Virus record (IMG/VR): IMGVR_UViG_2595698371_000001 | Length of the DNA: 64,000 bases | DNA from: Bongovirus bongo | Taxonomy: Duplodnaviria; Heunggongvirae; Uroviricota; Caudoviricetes; Vilmaviridae | Strand: one strand, 5' to 3' | Part shown: positions 56,684-64,000 of the stretch, in pieces | How positions within the stretch are numbered: position 1 is the stretch's first letter | Layout: each line of letters begins with the position of its first letter | The notes under the pieces: model-generated | What the model was told of the DNA's origin: nothing | Database searches by the model: none | What the model saw: the letters and a program-made list of their open reading frames with translations, nothing else | Made by a program: the position numbers and the translations under genes

Positions 56684-57033
56684 TCATACCGCCCTCCTCC
56701 GTTCCCATTCTGTCCGTGCCCACTGTGCCGGGGTCCACCGGTTGCGCATGATGGCTGCTGCCATGCGCTGCAACTGATGTGGGTTCGCATAGTACTCGTG
56801 CGAGTCGAGCGCATCAGCGATGCCCTCGTGGTAGCCACGGTTGTGGTCGACCACGTCGAACCCGGTCTCGTCTTCAAGGAACTGCAGGCCCTCCCAGCCT
56901 GCAGGCCAGAGGATTGCGGTCTCCCAGAGGTCGAACGATCCGCCCATGTACACGGTGGACACCTGGACCACGCCGACTCCATCGATGATGAAGCCCTGCA
57001 TGATCTGTCGCTGCGGCCTGAACATGGTGCTCA
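56684..57033 (-). CDS. hypothetical protein
   Basis: ATGA overlap with the 57030..57192 gene; 116 aa. Confidence 0.4.
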
Positions 57034-57192
57034 TCGGTTCACCGCCCATGCTGCAGGCAGGAACCCGCCTGCGGACAGCCAGCCATCGAGACCGTCGACC
57101 ACGACCACCAGCTCGCCGAGCGGCACCTGCCCACCACCCAGGTGGGCCTCGACCATCTCGCGAATGAGCTTGAGTGCCTCGTCTGGATCCAT
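57030..57192 (-). CDS. small hypothetical protein (54 aa)
   Basis: conserved leader GAGAAGGGAAGAGACACA before the ATG. Confidence 0.35.
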
Positions 57193-57288
57193 TGTGTCTC
57201 TTCCCTTCTCGTGTGGGTGTCCGTCTGGCCACCAAGGAAAGGCACCACAGGTTGCCCTGTGATGCCCTCCCCAAGCTGCCAGCCAGCT

Positions 57289-58363
57289 CTACGCCGGGAT
57301 GAGTTCCGGCATGTCGAGCACCTTGGCCAGGGCCCCCAGCGTGGCCCCATCGCTCGCCGCGATGTCGCCACGGATGGCCCGGTCGTAGACCCGCTCCAGG
57401 CGCGACGTACCGCGCACGGAGCGACCGTGATGCTCGTAGGTGTTGACCGCCTGCACGACACCAAAAGCGGTGCCCGCGAACGGTGCTGACATGGGATCCA
57501 CCGTGTAGTAGTGGTCGAGCGCCTCGCGGCGGTTCTCAGCCTTGGTGATCTTGGCCTTGCTGCTGTCCGCAGGGGCAGGGGGCTCGATGATGTCGAGCAC
57601 CTTCAGCCACTCCTTGCGGGTGACCTCGATCTGGGCCAGCTCGCGAGTGAAGTCCTGCATCTCATGCGCGGACTTGTCCAGGATGGACAGTGCCTCACGG
57701 ACACCGGCCACCACCTGGGCACTCATGCTGTTCACGGTGTGCTTGACCTTGTACTGACGGCCCGACTTGCGGGCATCCGCACGGATCCCTTGGAACATGT
57801 TGTCGCAGATCAGCATCCGGTTGAATGCCGAGTACGTGGTCGCGATGGACCCGTCCAAGGAGGTCTGCGCGAGGAGGAACGGCCAGAACTCGAGGCCGGT
57901 CTTCTCGTCGTGCATGGTCTCGTCCAGGCCGATCTCGACAGCCGCCTGTGCGCCGTTCTTCAGCGTCAGTGCGGACAGGATCGAGAGACGGTCCTGCAGG
58001 ATGTTGCTCACGTTCCGGATCAGCCACTCCTTGTAGTCGTGGATCCGGTAGGACTTGGTGTGCCGTCCCAGCTCCGTGCAGTCATCGGAGCGCACAATTC
58101 CCTGTGCGCCCTCGGTGATGACCACCTTGGCCGGTCGCCCGTCGGGCAGGACGATCACCCCCGGCTCGCCGAGCTGGTCGACACCGACCGGGATGAAGTT
58201 GCCTGTGGGCACGCTGAGCGCCTCCCAGTTGAACAGGCGGCGCTCCACCTCACCCACGGGGATGGGGCCCTCGTAGGTCGGCAGGGTGCCGTCCGTTTGG
58301 CCAATCCACCGGTCGCGCTTGGCGGTGTTGCCGATCAGTGCGTGAGCGATTTTGCTTCCCATA
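57289..58363 (-). CDS. hypothetical protein (358 aa), largest gene of the right-arm block
   Basis: ATG after GAAGAAGGGAAGAGAACT; the N-terminal extension of ORF-track ORF 57289..58539 is non-coding leader. Confidence 0.5.
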
Positions 58364-58427
58364 GTTCTCTTCCCTTCTTCGTGTGTTACCCGTTTGTGTA
58401 ACGGGCATCTGTACCGTCTGAGTACAG

Positions 58428-58468
58428 CAGAGCGCACAGGGTGATTACAGGAGACCAACCTGTGCGCT
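58428..58468 (-). promoter_or_regulatory. B-motif copy displayed in the loop of a 9-bp perfect hairpin (GCGCACAGG-GTGATTACAGGAGACCAA-CCTGTGCGC)
   Basis: between the stop at 58478 and the leader of the 58363 gene. Confidence 0.45.
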
Positions 58469-58477
58469 CCTCCCCAC

Positions 58478-58885
58478 TCAGATGTAGGCCTTGCCGTCCG
58501 GTGCGAGATCCACCAGCGGCGCGTCATACACCGGGGCACCCGTGTAGCCGAGCGTGAACGTGCCTGCCTGGTAAGGGTTGTAACGCGCCTGAGTGTTCGG
58601 CAGTATGCCGGTCACCCGTGGATCGTTGATGTCCACCAGGGTGCCAATGACACCCGCGTGGACACTCTTACGCCGCGTGCGGATGACCTTCTGTCGACCG
58701 CTTTCGCGCACCACAAACCGAGCATCCAGGATCACCGCGCCGGTAGCGTGAGCGACCACTCTGCCCTTGTTTTCACCAGTGCGGGCAACCAGAGACCACT
58801 TGTCGCGGTGCAGGTTTCGGTATGCGAATACCTCTGCTCCTGGCTCGACTCCACGGCCCTGGTATGCCTCGATGACATAAGACAT
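58478..58885 (-). CDS. hypothetical protein
   Basis: GAGAAGGGAATAGAGCA before the ATG; 135 aa. Confidence 0.45.
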   Translation of the reverse strand: MSYVIEAYQGRGVEPGAEVFAYRNLHRDKWSLVARTGENKGRVVAHATGAVILDARFVVRESGRQKVIRTRRKSVHAGVIGTLVDINDPRVTGILPNTQARYNPYQAGTFTLGYTGAPVYDAPLVDLAPDGKAYI

Positions 58886-58966
58886 TGCTCTATTCCCTTC
58901 TCGTGTGATGGTGCTGAGAACACCAGCAGGACAACAGGTCTCACGAACTGTTGCCCTGAGTCGCTC

Positions 58967-59242
58967 TCAGTACTGACGTGCGTAGCGGTCGGCTAGACCT
59001 CGCTCGAGGTCGGCCTGGTCGAGGCATTCGCCAGCCTCACCGAACAGCTCCCAGACCAGCGCCGGATCGAACGCGGGATACACGACGCGGATGAGTGACT
59101 TGACCATCAGCGCCGCGTAGTCGTACGGCGATTCCGGTGCGCTCTCATAGTCGTATGACTGGCTACTGATTCGCCGGTCGTCATGCGTCGCAATGGCGTA
59201 GTAGACATCCCACGCTTGCTGCAGCAGGTTTGCGTTGCTCAT
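58967..59242 (-). CDS. hypothetical protein
   Basis: ATGA overlap; 91 aa. Confidence 0.4.
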   Translation of the reverse strand: MSNANLLQQAWDVYYAIATHDDRRISSQSYDYESAPESPYDYAALMVKSLIRVVYPAFDPALVWELFGEAGECLDQADLERGLADRYARQY

Positions 59243-59370
59243 CAGAGCTCACCGCCCTTGCGGAGCTGCTGACGCACCGCGCGGCGGTCGGAGCGCTTGA
59301 GCTGCTTACGCGAGCCCAGGCGACGCTCGCCATGGGTGCCGAGCATGCGGCCATGATTGGAAACGTACAT
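59242..59370 (-). CDS. small basic protein (42 aa)
   Basis: full conserved repeat unit upstream; N-terminus HGRMLGTHGERRLGS is paralogous to the 59796 gene. Confidence 0.35.
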   Translation of the reverse strand: MYVSNHGRMLGTHGERRLGSRKQLKRSDRRAVRQQLRKGGEL

Positions 59371-59468
59371 ATCTGTAATCCCTTCTCCGTGTGTGTAATT
59401 CACTGCCCATCTACAGACAGCAGAGAGCCCACAGACATTGCTGCCTGTGGGCTCTCCTCCGTGTGTAG

Positions 59469-59696
59469 CTAGCTGAGCTTGAAGTACAAGCTCTGCAGCT
59501 TTGTTGTGCGACTCAGGTAGACCAGCCGGGGAGTCTTGGTGTGGCCATGCCACTCCCAGAACTCGACTTCGACCGTGTCCCCGTGGACCTGGGTGTCTTC
59601 AATCTCGACAGCCCTGCCGTCCACAATGGCCCACTGGCCATGGCTGAACTCATGCGCATAGATCTCGATGCCGTTGACAATCTTGATCTCAGCCAT
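59469..59696 (-). CDS. hypothetical protein
   Basis: 75-aa ORF. Confidence 0.4.
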   Translation of the reverse strand: MAEIKIVNGIEIYAHEFSHGQWAIVDGRAVEIEDTQVHGDTVEVEFWEWHGHTKTPRLVYLSRTTKLQSLYFKLS

Positions 59697-59795
59697 TGTT
59701 GTTCTGTCCCTTCAGGATTGCGGTTACAAGTGCTCGCCGTGCGGCTCGCGCGGTCTGATGCGTCTGACGCTGGTAGCGCCTGTGGTAGTGCCGCA

Positions 59796-59999
59796 TCAGA
59801 TTTCATCCAGTGCCAGCACGAGCACGACATCCGTGCGCCAGTCGACGGTACGGTGCCATGTCGGCTCACCTTCTGGATCGTCGTCCCACTTCACCAACAC
59901 GTTGGTGATGCGTCGACCTGGCATGCCGCCTTCTTCGATGCGCTGGTACTGGCCCAACCGGCCGGTGCCAAGCATGCGGACAAGCTTGCTGCGTTCCAT
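59796..59999 (-). CDS. small protein (67 aa)
   Basis: full repeat unit upstream; N-terminus RMLGTGRLGQ. Confidence 0.4.
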   Translation of the reverse strand: MERSKLVRMLGTGRLGQYQRIEEGGMPGRRITNVLVKWDDDPEGEPTWHRTVDWRTDVVLVLALDEI

Positions 60000-60096
60000 T
60001 GGTCCTATCCCTTCTCCGTGTGTTGTTACTGCCTGCCTGCAGACAGCAGAGAGCGCACAGAGTTGCCCCTGTGCGCCCTCCTCCATGTGCAGACGA

Positions 60097-60337
60097 TCAC
60101 TCGCCCGGGGCATTGATCCACCCGCGTGCGCGGATGAGTCGCTCACGCGGATGCGCCGGTATCCGCCCGTGCGAACCATCGATACTGATGGCCGCATACA
60201 GGCACGTCTGATACTTGCGATCCAGGTTGCCCCAGTGGATCCACACACGCGTGCCCCTGCGTTCAAGCACCCACTCGTGCGGGCGCTCCTCAGTGACAGT
60301 CCACCCATTGGCTTGGGCTTCTTCGCGAATCAACGTC
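60097..60337 (-). CDS. small protein (80 aa)
   Basis: full repeat unit upstream. Confidence 0.4.
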
Positions 60338-60435
60338 ATGTTGTCCGGACGCGTCATGTTTCTTGTCCCTTCTCCGTGTGTGCTGCCTGAGTGCAGCAGA
60401 GAATACATAGGCTAGCTATGTACCCTCCTCCGTGC

Positions 60436-60687
60436 TCAGACCGTGGGTCGGGGCCCGAAAATCCAGTCACCCGTAGGAGCGCCGACGCCGACGGGCACAA
60501 AGTAGCCCGACTCGACACCGTTAGCGCTCGCACGCGAGTACTCGATCCGGTAACCCCGGCGGTGGGCAAAATCAGAGATTGCCCCCGCTGCGTCCCACGC
60601 AGATCCATACGCACCCTCCAGTCGACGCCCATTCAAGTTGGCAATGACCAGGACAGAATTTGCCTCGACAGTCATGGAATCATGCAT
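60436..60687 (-). CDS. small protein (83 aa)
   Basis: full repeat unit upstream. Confidence 0.4.
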   Translation of the reverse strand: MHDSMTVEANSVLVIANLNGRRLEGAYGSAWDAAGAISDFAHRRGYRIEYSRASANGVESGYFVPVGVGAPTGDWIFGPRPTV

Positions 60688-60769
60688 GATGGTTTCCCTT
60701 CTCCGTGTGTGTGTGCTGCCTAGGTGCAGCAGAGAGCACACCTGTCACCAGGCGTGCCCTCCTCCGTGC

Positions 60770-60991
60770 CTAGACGGTCTTGTGTGTGGATGCCCAATGA
60801 TCGGCACCCATGGCCTCAGCCGCGTGCTCTGCCGCGTAGGTGGCGGATTGCCAGCCACACGAGCATTCCGCCCGGAACGGGTACCCGTGATTGTTGGGCA
60901 CCCACACGACCGTAAAAAAGTGATCCACGGTCGTCGTATCGCCATTGCCAGCCGCCAACAACGGTGCAGCAATGTCATGGATAAACGGCAT
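60770..60991 (-). CDS. small protein (73 aa)
   Basis: repeat unit upstream. Confidence 0.4.
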   Translation of the reverse strand: MPFIHDIAAPLLAAGNGDTTTVDHFFTVVWVPNNHGYPFRAECSCGWQSATYAAEHAAEAMGADHWASTHKTV

Positions 60992-61069
60992 GAGAAATTC
61001 CCTTCTCCGTGTGTGTGGTCTGAGTTGACCAGCGGCAGCACTGCAATGCAGTGCTACCTACCTACCGAC

Positions 61070-61291
61070 TCAGTCCTCCGTGACCAATCTGTAGGTCACC
61101 TTGACGTGGCCATACGCCAGCGTTGCAGTGAATGCGCGGTCAGACTCGTGCCATTCCACGAGCCACCCACCATCCGTGTACATGCGGGCAATCCGCGCCA
61201 AATTGCGCAGCGCGGTCGGAAGAGTCTGGATCCAATTGCCCACCTCGTTACGGTCAGGCGTAGGCCCTTCTCTATCAATCCGATATGCCAT
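61070..61291 (-). CDS. small protein (74 aa)
   Basis: repeat unit upstream; the upstream hairpin is an 11-bp perfect stem. Confidence 0.4.
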   Translation of the reverse strand: MAYRIDREGPTPDRNEVGNWIQTLPTALRNLARIARMYTDGGWLVEWHESDRAFTATLAYGHVKVTYRLVTED

Positions 61292-61377
61292 GTTCTCTAT
61301 CCCTTCCGTGTGTTTGCTGCCTAAGCAGACAAGCGGCAGCACTGGACACGGATGCCCAGTGCTGCCTTCCAATCGGC

Positions 61378-62106
61378 TTAGACGACGGCCAGGGGCAGGA
61401 AATTCTTGGCCCCTACGCCGTGCACCTCAATCGAGATCGATGCCTTACGGCCGTTCCCGTTGCCCCCACACTGCATGCACGTGATGCACTGCACTGTGTT
61501 GTCTTTACCCGCAGTAGCGGGGCACTGGACAAGTCCCTTAGGCTTTTCTGCACCCAACGGACGGACGACAAACCCGCGCCAACCAGCACGGCGCGCGGCA
61601 ACGTAGTCATCAATCGTGTCGCATGACGCCATGCAGAACTCTGCAAGGCTGGCGTCGCAGTCGCGCCATTGGTGCGTGTAGCCGGTGACGCCATCGGCGA
61701 CGCTGGCAATGGTTGCCCACACATGTGTGGGAACCGCGCCAGGATCGCCGTAGGCACCGAGCCTCACCTTGCGACCAGCGAACGCGGCCGGATCGAACGG
61801 ACGGACGTTGCCACGCACATACGCCCCGTACACAGAGTTCGGGGTACGCATGTTCACGTAGCAAGTCCGCTTGCGACGTTCCGCCGAGTTGCCCCGATGG
61901 ACACAACCGCCACACACGGCAGCGTCGCTACCGTCTGCAATGGCCTCACTCGGCTTGACATCAGCACGCAGGATCCACGTTTGGACCATGTCACCTGTCT
62001 TGACATTGCTGGACTTGAACGACGCCAGCACCACAATGGGAGTGACGTTGTCAAGTGCCGAGATGCCCTCCCAGACGACCATGGTCTGATGCTTGCGATT
62101 CGACAT
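61378..62106 (-). CDS. hypothetical Cys-motif protein (242 aa); first gene of the leftward operon
   Basis: CGGAAGGGAATAGAGCA before the ATG; CGGC.H and ITCMQCGG motifs. Confidence 0.45.
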   Translation of the reverse strand: MSNRKHQTMVVWEGISALDNVTPIVVLASFKSSNVKTGDMVQTWILRADVKPSEAIADGSDAAVCGGCVHRGNSAERRKRTCYVNMRTPNSVYGAYVRGNVRPFDPAAFAGRKVRLGAYGDPGAVPTHVWATIASVADGVTGYTHQWRDCDASLAEFCMASCDTIDDYVAARRAGWRGFVVRPLGAEKPKGLVQCPATAGKDNTVQCITCMQCGGNGNGRKASISIEVHGVGAKNFLPLAVV

Positions 62107-62819
62107 TGCTCTATTCCCTTCCGTGTGGTACGGGGCACCAATTGGCACACCCAATAGGGCACACGGATGAGAAGTGACTCCTCACCCGTGTGCCCGATGA
62201 GTGCCCCTAAGTGACATTGATCGAGATCAATGCCCACTAAGGGCACCGTAAGTTCACACTTGGAAGATTAGGAAAAGAGAGACGAGTCCGACTGACCTAG
62301 CACACGTGCCGCACGCCCCATAGCCTCTCGTAGGCGTAGCTAATGCGGGAATCTGCTAGGTGTCCCTTGCCACAATTGCCCTGGTAGACGGCCATATCGC
62401 ATGCCGACGTTCCCACTTCTACGACTCTCACGTAGGGGTACGACCAGGGAATGTGAGTCGTCGGCCGTTTGCAGTGCGCAAAAAACATGCACCGCCGGTA
62501 CCGACTCCCATTGTGGGGACTCACGACGCGCCCACTTCCGGACCTCTGGGCAGACTTCACCCACCAGGCCATACCTCGCGCGTCACACTATGGAGTTCTC
62601 AAACAACGTTTAAGGACACGTCGCAGCCGACGCCAGTCCCGCACGCCCGTAGGCCATGCGATTTGCGGGTACTACTCCTTTCTGAAGGCAATGTTGTAGA
62701 AGGCGCTCCCGGTCCCCCCCTTGCGGGGGGGGCGGTGCGTCGAACAAGGAGAACGTTACGGCCAGGGTGGTCAGCAAACAAGTAGGGGGGGCATTGTTTC
62801 GGGCACCAAAACGGCTAGT

Positions 62820-63915
62820 TGCGAGGCTGTGACCTGCAGGAATATGAGTTTCTGTGACGTACATCACACAGTGGATTTTGGGCCTACAGCAAACAAGCCT
62901 CTGACCTGGGGTTTTAGGTAAAAGCGCAGGTCAAAGCACATACATAGAAAAACCTATATATTAGCTAGGCTTGCAAACACCAAAATGCCCTGTGACCTGC
63001 AGAAACTTTTTTCTAGCAACGTAGTTAACTATGTGCGTTTTGGGCCCGAAATCAGCGTCAAGCGTACCCCGTTTGACCTGCGGTTTCTCCACATATGCCC
63101 TGGTAGCGAGTTTGTCAGGACAAACACCCAAAAATGGCCAAAAATTTGCTAGCAAATCCGAAAATCACTCATATTCGTTCATGTCGATATACGCATATCT
63201 GCTGGTAGACGCGGTTTCAAGGGTCGAAAGTCGGTCTACAGCTGCAGTTGGCAGCCCAGAATTTTGGGTGGTTTCGACGGGTACAGCTAACCCTGTTTAT
63301 GCAGGTGGGAGGCCATAGCAAACACTGTGTTTCGGGGCATGCCAGAACGGCCGATATGCGCGGATGCGGGTAGGTGAGGTTAGGCAACCCTTAGTGCTAC
63401 CTGGTCAACCTGGTCTGCGGACACGCGTATGTGGGACGGTGCGACGCAACGGGGCATTGCGGGCCCCTAGCGTCCACACAGACGGCCGAACGGGGCACGG
63501 TGCGATGGATCGCTTGGGTGAGTCCATCTCGATCGCTTAGAACGGCTCTGAGAGCTTCGAGGACGACCGGGCCGCGCAAATACACCCTTCCAACCCTGCC
63601 TGTCAAGCGTCTGTGACCATTGCCTCAACAGGGTTGACAGCAGTGCGTGACATGTGGTATCAGGAGGCCAGCTAACAGTGGTTAGCAGTGCTAACGCTGA
63701 CTGGAGTCAGTAGAGCTACCAGGAACGATGATTCACATGATCTGCAAAAGCCCAGGACAACGGTGCATATGCGAGATCTGCAGCGTGTGACCTGCATCGA
63801 TGCGACACACAAACCAACACGTTGCGACGTGCACACAGACCAGCTAACACGTCACGTGAGTTAGCTGCAGCAAACCCAAGATCCAGCAAAAACCTGCTTT
63901 GACCTGCGGAAACGT
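62820..63915. repeat. right-end cluster of at least 7 A-motif sites (TGACCTGCR, often TTTGACCTGCGG) in an otherwise ORF-free, lower-GC region
   Basis: copies at 62830 (TGACCTGCAGG), 62903 (TGACCTGGGG), 62925 (reverse complement, GCGCAGGTCAAAG), 62994 (TGACCTGCAG), 63072 (TTTGACCTGCGG), 63786 (TGACCTGCATCGATGCG) and 63898 (TTTGACCTGCGGAAAC). Confidence 0.6.
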
Positions 63916-64000
63916 CGAGGCCGGCGAGCGAAATAGCTAAGTCGGGAGGTTTGCCTGGGGGGCACCCCCACCGGCCGGAACGGCCGGACACCTCCTGCAA

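Noticed and set aside
62820-63915. CRISPR array or terminal direct repeats at the right end
   Set aside because: The repeats are short (9-12 bp), irregularly spaced and in mixed orientation; there is no repeat-spacer periodicity and no cas genes.

Overview
This window is about 64 kb of a high-GC (roughly 63%) siphovirus-type actinobacteriophage genome. The Mycobacterium- or Gordonia-type host inference rests on the lysin A plus lysin B (mycolyl-esterase) lysis cassette. Read left to right: (1) a 5'-truncated tape measure gene and minor tail genes (1-12.8 kb); (2) the lysis cassette of lysin A, two small membrane (holin-like) proteins, lysin B and an NrdH-like glutaredoxin (12.8-16.1 kb), ending at a bidirectional terminator; (3) a leftward block of about 10 genes (16.1-19.7 kb) including a Pol-beta-type nucleotidyltransferase, a lipoprotein and a Cys-rich protein; (4) a roughly 560-bp divergent regulatory region; (5) a long rightward early region (20.3-37.3 kb) with an ERF-like annealase, a PD-(D/E)XK exonuclease, a ClpP-like protease, SSB, a DnaB-like helicase, two WhiB-like proteins, an Hjc-like resolvase, endonuclease VII, a DnaQ-like exonuclease, a Tyr-phosphatase and several HNH endonucleases; (6) a roughly 7-kb tRNA array (37.5-44.5 kb) with about 20 tRNAs covering nearly all isotypes plus a tmRNA, interspersed with three HNH endonucleases, a class Ib RNR beta subunit (NrdF) and small ORFs, ending in a rho-independent terminator; (7) an RtcB RNA ligase, an SPFH/band-7 protein, MazG, a P-loop ATPase, a SLOG/DUF2493-like protein and a metallophosphoesterase (44.6-51.7 kb); (8) a leftward large serine integrase (51.6-53.0 kb) with a candidate attP-like palindrome at its 5' end; (9) a leftward array of about 25 mostly tiny genes (53.2-62.1 kb) separated by a conserved, MIRU-like intergenic repeat unit (hairpin plus conserved extended Shine-Dalgarno leader); (10) a non-coding right end (62.2-64.0 kb) with at least 7 copies of a TGACCTGCR site. 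A composite motif TGACCTGC-GATTACAGGAG, and its two parts separately, recurs about 20 times at promoter-like positions genome-wide. The candidate novel systems are the tRNA/tmRNA + RtcB + phosphoesterase RNA-repair and translation-autonomy module, the interspersed-repeat small-gene array, and the operator-like motif network. All calls are by eye from sequence and the ORF track; no searches were run.
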